DNA from: an uncultured virus (IMG/VR IMGVR_UViG_3300046000_006880)
Lineage: Duplodnaviria > Heunggongvirae > Uroviricota > Caudoviricetes
Virus record (IMG/VR): IMGVR_UViG_3300046000_006880
Direction: 5' to 3' (one strand)
Length of the DNA: 20,000 bases
The first letter of the stretch is position 1. Each line of letters opens with the position of its first letter. The notes under the pieces are model-generated. The model did no database searches and was not told the DNA's origin. It worked only from the letters and a program-made list of their open reading frames with translations. Below, piece after piece: positions 1 through 7,842 of this stretch. The position numbers were made by a program, and so were the translations under genes.

Positions 1-2
1 AA

Positions 3-1772
3 TGAAAGTGTCACAGAGACACCATTATCTGACCAGTACTTCTGAGCAGTTGCTGCCAAACCAATTTTCTCAAACAAACTAACCTGCTTTTCTGCACGTT
101 TGTGTCCAGATGCAACTGGGAAATATACTACCTGTGTATTTGCTGATACAAGGTCTGGTTCAACTTTATACCCCGCTGCTTTGAATAGGTGAAGCATTGG
201 ATCTTGGTCTCCAAAGCGAATAGCTCTAAGATAGAACTCTCCACCAGGACCCCAGTGAACTCCAGGGGTAGCACCAGAGAGAAGTGAAACAGATCCTGAT
301 GGCTTAACTGTAGTTACACGAACTGACTCACGAACACACAACCATTCTGAATATGAATGATCATATTTACGGATTGTATTATATCCTTCATCCATCCATT
401 CACGAATAACAGGAAGACCATATTCATCAGCAAAAGAAGCAATGCCTGTAAGAGATGTGCCAATACGACGATTGCGTTGCATAATACCATTTGTCTGTTG
501 CCAATGTGTAGGCATTAAAGTTACAGTTTTTCCATAAAGATAAGCAAACTTTAATGTCTTTAAAAAGTCTTCTTTAGATTCATGGCGATTAAGATGAACT
601 TCAACCAATGTACATAGTTCATAACTTTCTAGTGGCTGTTCAGCACAAGGATTAAAACCCATGATTCTAGAATCTTTATAGTCTGGTGCATCTGCAAGAC
701 GACCATAACTACGTGCAACATCTAACCAAATAAAACCTGGTTCTCCATTATCTGCAATTAAATCTACATAGTCTTCATACTTTGTTCCAACTTCAGCAGC
801 AATAGAGTTATTACTCATCCATGCCCACCCTGGTTTCTTTGGATCATATGAATTTCTTTCTGCAAATACCTCGGGATTTTTAAGATTAATAAAATCTTGA
901 TCTTCTGGTGTACCAAGTGCAAGGGTAGCAGAACGACGAACATTTCCAGAAACAACACATGTACCAATAAGATTTACAATATCTACAATAGCACGGCTAT
1001 CAAAGGCATCCCCTGCTCTAGAACCGATTACATTACGAATACGTGTATGGAGATCAATAAGTGGTGCTGGACCGCTTGCTACCCCGCCAAAGCCCTTAAT
1101 AGGGGCACCTAGAGGACGAATGAGGTCATAGGTAAACTCTTGAATAGACTGGTTTGCACGAAGGAATGAATTAATAAGTAATCTAACAGACTCAACCCAT
1201 CCTTCACGAGTATCTGGGATTTCATAAATAGATGCTGGCTCTGTTGGAGCATAGATAGACATTTGCTTGTCTTGACCAAGGGTATCAAACCCTACACCAA
1301 TACCTAACATTAATGCATCCATTACCCAAGCAAAAAGAGCACCTGGATCATTACGATCAATGTCACGAGTAGAGACCATTGCACAATTTTGAAGGGATGC
1401 TGAGTTACGCTTCTCCATAGTCATAGGAGTTCCAAATGCCCAGAGACCACGGCCTGGAGGAGTCCACTTTAATTCAAACATTCTTTGAAAGGCTTCTTGG
1501 GCAGACTTCTGTGCCTTGTTATCATTCCAAGGTAGGCGATTATCTTTAGCATGGTTTTTTTGAACTGAATACATACCCTCAATTACACGACGACATACTT
1601 CATGCCAGCGTTCTTTTGTCCCGTCTTCTTTAACACGAGAATATGTACGAATAAATGTTACCTCTCCCAGAGAGTTAGATCCTGCATCTGAGAATCCAAA
1701 TGGCGCTGGGATGGTTTGATATTTATTTACAAATTCTTCTGATAGACGAAAAGAGAATACGCTTTCTGACAT
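3..1772 (-). CDS. nrdJ: Class II (adenosylcobalamin-dependent) ribonucleotide reductase, monomeric RTPR type; 3' end outside window
   Basis: Hand translation from ATG at 1772 (GAAAGG RBS upstream): MSESVFSFRL...TFIRTYSR...KWTPPGRGLW...SLQNCAMVS...GVGFD...IKGFGGVASGP...CVVSGNVRRSA...GEPG...GFNPCAEQPLESYELCTLVE...RNRRIG...TTVKPSGSVS...WSDNGVSVT. The NPCAE active-site motif is at ~637-660. The frame reads open for ~590 codons to the edge. Missing from the ORF track because it has no stop in the window. Confidence 0.96.
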   Translation of the reverse strand, partial: MSESVFSFRLSEEFVNKYQTIPAPFGFSDAGSNSLGEVTFIRTYSRVKEDGTKERWHEVCRRVIEGMYSVQKNHAKDNRLPWNDNKAQKSAQEAFQRMFELKWTPPGRGLWAFGTPMTMEKRNSASLQNCAMVSTRDIDRNDPGALFAWVMDALMLGIGVGFDTLGQDKQMSIYAPTEPASIYEIPDTREGWVESVRLLINSFLRANQSIQEFTYDLIRPLGAPIKGFGGVASGPAPLIDLHTRIRNVIGSRAGDAFDSRAIVDIVNLIGTCVVSGNVRRSATLALGTPEDQDFINLKNPEVFAERNSYDPKKPGWAWMSNNSIAAEVGTKYEDYVDLIADNGEPGFIWLDVARSYGRLADAPDYKDSRIMGFNPCAEQPLESYELCTLVEVHLNRHESKEDFLKTLKFAYLYGKTVTLMPTHWQQTNGIMQRNRRIGTSLTGIASFADEYGLPVIREWMDEGYNTIRKYDHSYSEWLCVRESVRVTTVKPSGSVSLLSGATPGVHWGPGGEFYLRAIRFGDQDPMLHLFKAAGYKVEPDLVSANTQVVYFPVASGHKRAEKQVSLFEKIGLAATAQKYWSDNGVSVTLS

Positions 1773-1831
1773 TTATATACCTTTCAAAGTAAAATTAGAC
1801 GAGTACTTCATGTTTTCTGAAGTAGTACCTA

Positions 1832-1842
1832 AGTATAACACA
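1832..1842 (-). promoter_or_regulatory. Extended -10 promoter (TGTGTTATACT) for nrdJ
   Basis: Minus strand TGTGTTATACT ~60 nt upstream of the nrdJ ATG and directly after a terminator. The identical 11-mer precedes the transglycosylase gene at 13018-13028. Confidence 0.65.
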
Positions 1843-1846
1843 GTTT

Positions 1847-1877
1847 AAAAAGAAAAACACGCTCACTAAGAGCGTGT
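1847..1877 (-). terminator. Rho-independent terminator ending the tail-gene operon
   Basis: Minus strand ACACGCTC-TTAGT-GAGCGTGT (8-bp perfect stem, 1857-1877) followed by TTTTCTTTTT. Confidence 0.8.
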
Positions 1878-1930
1878 AAATCTTTACTTTAGAGTTAGTA
1901 CTTTTTGTAAATTAAAGTGCTACTAACTAT

Positions 1931-2497
1931 TTATACATAACGAATTGCGCGAACTGGGAAAGCACCAGTTCCTTTATCAGAGTAGTCCTGAGTGCCATCT
2001 ACCATACTTTGTATATGAGCATCTGACGTAAATTGCTCACTAGATGCCCAATAATAGGTTTGAGCAGCGGTTCCGCTTGTTGGAAAACCACCGACAACTG
2101 TTTTTTGTAAGTAAAGTTGAGCAAGTTCTAATCTTGAAGGTAAGAACCAATCCGTTTTACCGCCACCAGTATAGGAGCGGCATCTAGTTGCGGCTTTATT
2201 GGCGGTACTGTTCTGCGCCACTATCGCAATTGAGTTGGTCAATCCTGCACCGATAGCGGTGGAAGTGCCTACAAGAGTATTTCCATTTCCAGACCAATTG
2301 AGTTGTTGTGTAAGATTAAATGCTGGGGAAGTAGAAGAATTTGCTGCTTCCATATATCTTCCCCAGGATAAAGTGCTTCCAGCATCATAGAATATTTTAC
2401 CTCCGCCAGGACCAGTATCGCCTATAGAATAAACAATAGGGGCAGATAAAGATCCTGCACCTGAAAAAGATCCGACTCCGCTGAACGTATTTGGCAT
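1931..2497 (-). CDS. DUF1566/Lcl-like C-type-lectin-fold protein, putative receptor-binding or tail-associated (paralogue A)
   Basis: YSIGDTGPGGGKIFYD...GKTDWFLPSRLEL...YYWASSE...VRAIR matches the DW(F/R)LPS.xEL / YWSS / VRxxR signature of DUF1566. Confidence 0.75.
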   Translation of the reverse strand: MPNTFSGVGSFSGAGSLSAPIVYSIGDTGPGGGKIFYDAGSTLSWGRYMEAANSSTSPAFNLTQQLNWSGNGNTLVGTSTAIGAGLTNSIAIVAQNSTANKAATRCRSYTGGGKTDWFLPSRLELAQLYLQKTVVGGFPTSGTAAQTYYWASSEQFTSDAHIQSMVDGTQDYSDKGTGAFPVRAIRYV

Positions 2498-2498
2498 A

Positions 2499-2804
2499 TT
2501 ATTCTACTAGTTCTTGCCAATTAAGATCTTCTTCTACCCACATATACATTTTACCATCTGTTGGATATGAAGTAGGTGGTTCATATGATGCAGTTTCTAA
2601 ATTTAATGTCCAAGATGGGAATTGCTGAACTCCATAGCACTCTAAGGTTTGTCTTGCAATTAATTCTGATTCCGCCCAAATCCATCCTTCAACGGGATAA
2701 GAGTAGGTATCCTTTTGATCTATCCATAATTCAAAGTTATCATTGATAACTCTATCGGCTGACCAAATTAGAAAGCCGTTGTCATTTTTATAAAATCCTT
2801 GCAT
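2499..2804 (-). CDS. Small Trp/acidic phage protein, tail-fibre-associated (hypothetical)
   Basis: 101 aa with GGGAGA RBS. The C-terminal FPSWTLN...PPTSYPTDGK.Y.W.E....W motif is common in small genes beside phage fibre genes. Confidence 0.6.
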   Translation of the reverse strand: MQGFYKNDNGFLIWSADRVINDNFELWIDQKDTYSYPVEGWIWAESELIARQTLECYGVQQFPSWTLNLETASYEPPTSYPTDGKMYMWVEEDLNWQELVE

Positions 2805-2816
2805 TATATTTCTCCC

Positions 2817-3362
2817 TTATTCTACGTAACGAATTGGTCTAATATACCAGGTTCCACTTTTTGCAGTAGAAGCTTCGCCGCTGCTATAGCGACCATAAGC
2901 ATTTGTTGCACTGCTCTCAGTTGAGGACCAATAGTATGCATTACCAGCCACTGGTGAATACGAAGCCCTATTAGCAATAAATGGAGTTAATTCATCTCTT
3001 GATGGTAAGAACCAATCAGTAAATCCATTAACCTCATATGCGTCACAATATGTTCCTGCTTTACTTGCTGTATTGTTTTGTGCAACTATGGCTAAAGTAT
3101 TTGTATATCCTGTGCCAATTGCTGAAGATGTTCCAACTAAAGTATTAGTGTTACCTGACCATGTTCCTGTTGTATCACTAAAATTTGAAGCACCAGCAGG
3201 AGCTGGAGCACATTCTAAATACTGACCCCAAGATAGTGTGCTTCCAGCGTCATAAAAAATCTTTCCTCCTGCAGGACCAGTTTGACCAATAGTATAAACT
3301 GCTTTATTTTTTAAACTACCGACACCTGAGAAAGATCCTTGACCACTATAAGTACTTGGCAT
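2817..3362 (-). CDS. DUF1566/Lcl-like C-type-lectin-fold protein (paralogue B)
   Basis: YTIGQTGPAGGKIFYDAGSTLSWG...TDWFLPSRDEL...YYWSSTE...IRPIRYV. Clearly homologous over its full length to 1931-2497. Confidence 0.75.
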   Translation of the reverse strand: MPSTYSGQGSFSGVGSLKNKAVYTIGQTGPAGGKIFYDAGSTLSWGQYLECAPAPAGASNFSDTTGTWSGNTNTLVGTSSAIGTGYTNTLAIVAQNNTASKAGTYCDAYEVNGFTDWFLPSRDELTPFIANRASYSPVAGNAYYWSSTESSATNAYGRYSSGEASTAKSGTWYIRPIRYVE

Positions 3363-3368
3363 GTTGCA

Positions 3369-5117
3369 TTACCAGGCACTCATTATATTCATAAGAGAAA
3401 TATCTTGTTCATATCCACTTGCATCAAGTGATGCATGTATTGGTGATGTAATTTTTGTTGCAGATGCTACTCCAAGTGTAGGAGCAGTCATTGTTGGGCT
3501 AGTTAAAGTTTTATTTGTAAGAGTCTGTGTATTTCCAGCAGTTGTAATTATATTATCTGCAGACAAAGTTCCAACATATGCGTTACTGCCTCCAGCTGGA
3601 ACAATTCTAACGTTTGTGTCTCCACTTACTAAGAAATCACCAGTTCCGCTAATTGTGGATGTTCCTGAAAGTGTTGCACCTGATAATGTTAGTCCCGCAA
3701 TTGTTGTGACGGTAGCTCCTGAAGCAATTGATGTTGATCCAAGTGTTGGTGCTGAATATCCTGATACTGTACCCCAAGAAGTTGAAGTTCCATCTGTAGT
3801 AAGGTACTTACCTGAGTTGCTAGTTTGTGAAGCAACTAAATCAGTTCCGTTATATTTTAATGTCTTACCTGAAGCAAGATTAATATGCTCTGATGAAGTC
3901 CAAGCATCTGTAGCGTCTACCCAGTTAAAAGTTTTATCAGTTGCCCCCTTGAGTGTGAGGCCACCACCGTCGGCAGTTGTATCAGTTGGGGTATCAACAT
4001 CACCAAGGATAATATTCTTATCATCCACTGCAAGAGTAGTAGAGTTAATTGTTGTGGTTGTGCCATTAATTGTTAGGTCCCCTGAAAGTGTAAGGGATGT
4101 ACCAGTTGCAGCACCAATGTTTGGTGTTACAAGTGTTGGGGTATCAGCAAAAACAAGTGTTCCACTACCATTGTGATCAGAGATTACTGATTGAAGTTCT
4201 GATGAAGAAGTTGCTGCAAAAGCATCCAACTTATTGTTTGTAAGAGCAACAGTACCTGTAGCATCTGGGAAAGTTACTGTACGGTCACCAGTTGGATCTG
4301 CAACTGTAAGTGTTGTCTCAAATTCATTTGCTGTTGTACCTTCAAGAACGATTGAACCATCTGAAAGCGTAAGTCCTGAAACTACTGGACTTGTCAAAGT
4401 TTTGTTTGTTAAAGTTTCTGTTTTGCTTTCAGTTGATTTGGCATCTAATTGAGTTTGTATTGCTGAAGTAACACCATTAAGGTATCCGATTTCTGTATCT
4501 GTAACATCTGTAACACGAGCCTGAATTGTTGTAGTATCTACATCAAATTTACTTGTTCCAGCATTCCAGCTAATTCCATTACCTGCAAGTGTAGACTGAT
4601 CTACTTCTGCTCCACCAATTTCTGAATCTACATATTCTTGTGTTGCTACTGTTCCTGTTTCATCAGGAAATGTTATAGTACGATCTGCTGTGGGTTCTCC
4701 TGCTGAAAGGGTAAGTTCGTGAGCATCTGCTGTTGAACCTTCCATTACGATTGTTGAAGTAAATATACCAATGTCTGTAATGTCTGAAAGGTTTCCTGTT
4801 GTAATAACAGTTCCTGTAACATTTGGAATAGTAATTGTACGATCTGCTGTAGGATCTGTTATTTGAAGTGTTGTTTCAAATCCATCTGCCGTTGCACCCT
4901 CAAATGTAATACTTGAGCCAAAGGCAGGGTTTACTGTTGAATTAGCATCAATAAAGTAATCAAGGGTTAGCCAGTGATTTGTGCCATCACCAATTTTAAA
5001 CTTGTTTGTATCGGTCTCATATCCAATTTCGCCAGGTTCAAGAATGGGGCCATTTCCTGAATTTGTTGAAATCCATTGAGCCGCAGTACCTCTGCGCTGT
5101 TGCATTCTTGTTGCCAT
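3369..5117 (-). CDS. Tail fibre with major-tropism-determinant N-terminal (Mtd_N-like) domain
   Basis: N-terminus MATRMQQRRGTAAQW...PILEPGEIGYETDTNKFKIGDG..HW..L.Y is the Mtd_N-type motif. The body is Thr/Ser/Gly-rich with TLTNKTLTSP fibre motifs. AGGAGG RBS at 5124-5129. Confidence 0.8.
   Translation of the reverse strand: MATRMQQRRGTAAQWISTNSGNGPILEPGEIGYETDTNKFKIGDGTNHWLTLDYFIDANSTVNPAFGSSITFEGATADGFETTLQITDPTADRTITIPNVTGTVITTGNLSDITDIGIFTSTIVMEGSTADAHELTLSAGEPTADRTITFPDETGTVATQEYVDSEIGGAEVDQSTLAGNGISWNAGTSKFDVDTTTIQARVTDVTDTEIGYLNGVTSAIQTQLDAKSTESKTETLTNKTLTSPVVSGLTLSDGSIVLEGTTANEFETTLTVADPTGDRTVTFPDATGTVALTNNKLDAFAATSSSELQSVISDHNGSGTLVFADTPTLVTPNIGAATGTSLTLSGDLTINGTTTTINSTTLAVDDKNIILGDVDTPTDTTADGGGLTLKGATDKTFNWVDATDAWTSSEHINLASGKTLKYNGTDLVASQTSNSGKYLTTDGTSTSWGTVSGYSAPTLGSTSIASGATVTTIAGLTLSGATLSGTSTISGTGDFLVSGDTNVRIVPAGGSNAYVGTLSADNIITTAGNTQTLTNKTLTSPTMTAPTLGVASATKITSPIHASLDASGYEQDISLMNIMSAW
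4241..4912 (-). repeat. Three dispersed ~35-aa repeats within the Mtd_N fibre
   Basis: FEGATADGFETTLQITDPTADRTITIPNVTGTV / MEGSTADAHELTLSAGEPTADRTITFPDETGTV / LEGTTANEFETTLTVADPTGDRTVTFPDATGTV (approx. 4795-4912, 4640-4750, 4241-4355). Confidence 0.85.
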
Positions 5118-5144
5118 TTATAGCCTCCTGTGGTGTATGTTAAT

Positions 5145-5153
5145 ATTATATCA
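5145..5153 (-). promoter_or_regulatory. Extended -10 promoter TGATATAAT
   Basis: Minus strand TGA-TATAAT followed by a short leader with AGGAGG and the ATG at 5117. Confidence 0.65.
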
Positions 5154-5158
5154 GATAA

Positions 5159-5620
5159 TTAGTTGAAATTATCTAATGGACTTCCGCCATCATAGCTGTT
5201 TGTCCAGTACTCTGAATCATAGAATCCTGCAATTTCAGCTGATGTAAAAATTGAATCATAGAAGCCTGCATCTTGGAATACTGAAACAATAAGTCCAGTT
5301 CCGTCAATTGCAGTATCGTGAATGTGTTGTCTAAGATCGGCGGTATCGGAGAAAGTAGCAATCATAATCCATTCAGCAGCATCTGTTGAATAAATAGATA
5401 AATGTTGTGTTACAGTGTCAAACCATAATTGACCATCTACTGGACTTACTGGCTCTGTTGACTCTGTTGGTACGATTGGAGCTTTAGTGTCTACATATAG
5501 CTTTGTAGCGGCATGTGTATTTTCAGTAGGTGTATCTACTGTTACAGTACCGCCAAAAGATCCACCAAGGGCAACGATTAACCCATTTTTTACTTTAAAA
5601 TCTTTATCAGTCGTTGCCAC
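5159..5620 (-). CDS. Virion/tail-fibre-associated protein
   Basis: GTG start with AAGGAGA RBS. Contains KDFKVKNGL at the N-terminus and the fibre motifs HAATKLYVD and P.SPVDGQLWFDT. Confidence 0.65.
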   Translation of the reverse strand: MATTDKDFKVKNGLIVALGGSFGGTVTVDTPTENTHAATKLYVDTKAPIVPTESTEPVSPVDGQLWFDTVTQHLSIYSTDAAEWIMIATFSDTADLRQHIHDTAIDGTGLIVSVFQDAGFYDSIFTSAEIAGFYDSEYWTNSYDGGSPLDNFN

Positions 5621-5635
5621 TTGGTTTCTCCTTTA

Positions 5636-7321
5636 TTAGTAGTTTGAACTATTAAGTAGTGTTGCTACTGTAACAACTTCACATGCTACTGCTGCTGTTG
5701 CAATTAGTTGATAAGTATTATCAACATAGTCTGCAGAGAATGAAGCAAGATTGTTTGCATGTGTGCAAATTGTTCCATATTCAGTAATTGCAATATTATT
5801 GTTTCCATCTGTTGTAAGAAGAATTTCTGTAATTTGTGAATGTTTAGTTCCAGAAACAGGTCCAGCTACAGTAACAATATATTTTGCTGAATCATAGTTA
5901 CTAAAGGAATGAACATTTGCAGTTGAAGCAGTTCCAAATACTGTAAAGTTTGCTTCTTCTTGACGGACACCATTAAGTAAAATAGAGACTGTTGTAACAC
6001 TTGCTGGGTAAATAACTTCATCTTGAATTGCACTAGTTGCACGAACATTTGAGAAGTAAAGATTTGTGCTTCCTTCTGTTAAGTCATCTGTGTCAAGACC
6101 TGCTACAACCGCATCGGTTGCACGAGCATTTGAGAAGTAAAGGTTAGTGCTTCCTTCAGATAGATCATCTGTATCAAGACCTGCTACAACTGCGTCAGTT
6201 GCACGAACATTTGAGAAGTAAAGATTTGTACCTTCGGCAATATCATCTGTATCAAGACCTGCAAGTGCTGTTGCAATTGAGTTTGCTGCCTCATAGTTAT
6301 TAGCAAGTCCATCTGCATAATTTTGTGCATTTGTTTGTGCAGTTGCAGCAGAACCATTAGCATCATACCAACCGTCTACTGTAGTGCGATCAACAGAAAT
6401 ATCATCAGAGCCATCAAATGCAAGACCTGAACCAAGTGTTGCTGCAATGGTGTCTGCAGTAATATCAATACCTTGACCTACAGTTAATGTATTTTGCTTC
6501 TGTGAAAGGCTATTTGCCATATCAGTTGCATAGTTTGGATTTTCTGCAATTGCATTAGCTAATTCAGCAAGAGTATTAAGAAGTTCAGGTGCTGAATCAA
6601 CAAGTGCTGCCACAGAGTTATCTGTGTATTCACTAGCATATGCTTGAGTTGCAAGTATATCTGATCCCCAGAAAATGTATTCACCTGCACCTGGTGTAAT
6701 AACAACGTTACCATCACCATTAATTTCAAAGTCGCCTGCACCAGTGAAGGTAATTGCATCGCTAAATGATTTGTTTGAAAGTGTTTGTGTATCTGATGTT
6801 CCAACTACGTTACCAGTTACTCCGTGAATATTTGAAGTAAGGCCTTCGTGTGTTGAAAGGTCTGCTGCTACATCTCCTGCTGCACCAAGTACATCATATG
6901 ATCCTGCGGTTGCATCCTGTGCACGAACATTTGAGAAGTAAAGATTTGTGCTTCCTTCAGTCAAATCATCTGTATCAAGACCTGCTACAACTGCGTCAGT
7001 TGCACGAGCATTTGAGAAATAGAGATTTGTAGTTCCTTCAGCTAGATCATCTGTATCGTGGTTTGAAATATCTGATACTTGACCAGTTACATCACCAATT
7101 AAGTCTGCTGTAATTACGTTAGCAGCAAAACTTGCATTTGTATCACGAAGAACTACTGCATTTGCGTTTGCTTCTGGTGTTGCTGATCCACCAATAAGAC
7201 TAATGATGTAATCTTGGTCTGCCTGTACTTTAGTAAGAATGTCGTAGCCATTAACGGTAGCTGTTGAACCTTCAACTACAAGTCCATTCTTAATTCTGAA
7301 GTTTTTATTTACTGTTGCCAT
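5636..7321 (-). CDS. Repeat-containing tail fibre / virion structural protein
   Basis: AAGGAGA RBS, KNFRIKNGL N-terminus, five DTDDLxEGxTNLYFSNxRA repeats, a LVDSAPELLNTLAELANAI fibre motif and a C-terminal SAKY...TEI...TEYG domain. Confidence 0.75.
   Translation of the reverse strand: MATVNKNFRIKNGLVVEGSTATVNGYDILTKVQADQDYIISLIGGSATPEANANAVVLRDTNASFAANVITADLIGDVTGQVSDISNHDTDDLAEGTTNLYFSNARATDAVVAGLDTDDLTEGSTNLYFSNVRAQDATAGSYDVLGAAGDVAADLSTHEGLTSNIHGVTGNVVGTSDTQTLSNKSFSDAITFTGAGDFEINGDGNVVITPGAGEYIFWGSDILATQAYASEYTDNSVAALVDSAPELLNTLAELANAIAENPNYATDMANSLSQKQNTLTVGQGIDITADTIAATLGSGLAFDGSDDISVDRTTVDGWYDANGSAATAQTNAQNYADGLANNYEAANSIATALAGLDTDDIAEGTNLYFSNVRATDAVVAGLDTDDLSEGSTNLYFSNARATDAVVAGLDTDDLTEGSTNLYFSNVRATSAIQDEVIYPASVTTVSILLNGVRQEEANFTVFGTASTANVHSFSNYDSAKYIVTVAGPVSGTKHSQITEILLTTDGNNNIAITEYGTICTHANNLASFSADYVDNTYQLIATAAVACEVVTVATLLNSSNY
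6036..6262 (-). repeat. Tandem 81-bp (27-aa) repeats, three copies (third partial)
   Basis: Unit DAVVAGLDTDDLxEGSTNLYFSNxRAT. GTTGCACG recurs at 6036, 6117 and 6198. Confidence 0.9.
6920..7057 (-). repeat. Second block of the same 81-bp repeat, two copies (one partial)
   Basis: TGCACG recurs at 6920 and 7001, and the DNA is nearly identical to the 6036-6262 block. Confidence 0.9.
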
Positions 7322-7336
7322 TTTTTATCTCCTTAG

Positions 7337-7783
7337 TTATGCCTTCAAACCAATACGTGCATAACGTACGGTTATAGGTGTTATTCCTGGTGCTGGTGTA
7401 ACAGTTATAGCAACTGTATTTCCAGCTCTGGAGACGCTAATGGTGCCAATATTCCCATCGTTGTCTATTATTCCATATTCACTAACTGATACGTCTGTAC
7501 CGTCATTTAATATGTTTAATTCTGTAGCGTAATATTTATTATCGCCACCAGAAGTCTTTGATATTGAAATTAAGTACTTTACTAAGCGCCATTCAGTAGC
7601 ATTATAATTATTTATAACGGTTGCACTTTCAATTCCATCAATTGTACTTTCATTATTGCCTGCTGTACCAAGATCTGTACTTTGTGCAGAAAGGGTATCA
7701 ATTAAGTCTTCATAATTTGCCTGTGAAGGACGATCTCCCGTTTGGAATAAGGCCTTTACGCTTGAAAGTGATATTTTCGCCAT
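7337..7783 (-). CDS. Conserved phage virion protein (KY...TE...SEYG domain)
   Basis: N-terminal LFQTGDRPSQ.NYEDLID motif. The C-terminal LVKYLISI...YYATELNILNDGTDVSVSEYG is homologous to the C-terminus of 5636-7321. Confidence 0.65.
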   Translation of the reverse strand: MAKISLSSVKALFQTGDRPSQANYEDLIDTLSAQSTDLGTAGNNESTIDGIESATVINNYNATEWRLVKYLISISKTSGGDNKYYATELNILNDGTDVSVSEYGIIDNDGNIGTISVSRAGNTVAITVTPAPGITPITVRYARIGLKA

Positions 7784-7789
7784 AGTTGT

Positions 7790-7798
7790 ATTATATCA
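7790..7798 (-). promoter_or_regulatory. Extended -10 promoter, probable leaderless transcript
   Basis: TGATATAAT-ACAACT-ATG (6-nt spacer, no SD). Confidence 0.7.
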
Positions 7799-7842
7799 TA
7801 CGTTTATATTAGTACTGATTGGCATACCCTAAAGATAACTTT

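Noticed and set aside
897..1112. 71-aa plus-strand ORF
   Set aside because: It lies antisense within nrdJ. The same reasoning applies to the other short overlapping track ORFs (e.g. 9435-9866, 13062-13391, 14312-14608, 18072-18485).
1773..1830. Cobalamin riboswitch or NrdR box upstream of nrdJ
   Set aside because: The leader is only ~55 nt, too short for a B12 riboswitch, and I see no match to the NrdR palindrome.
1931..3362. Complete diversity-generating retroelement
   Set aside because: No reverse transcriptase, Avd or template repeat is in the window. The two lectin 3' ends differ by indels and at all base types, not only at adenines.
3361..4452. Long plus-strand ORFs (271 aa and 72 aa)
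   Set aside because: Antisense shadows of the Thr/Gly-rich fibre gene, with no RBS and no recognisable motifs.
6036..7057. CRISPR array
   Set aside because: The repeats are contiguous in-frame 81-bp coding units without unique spacers.
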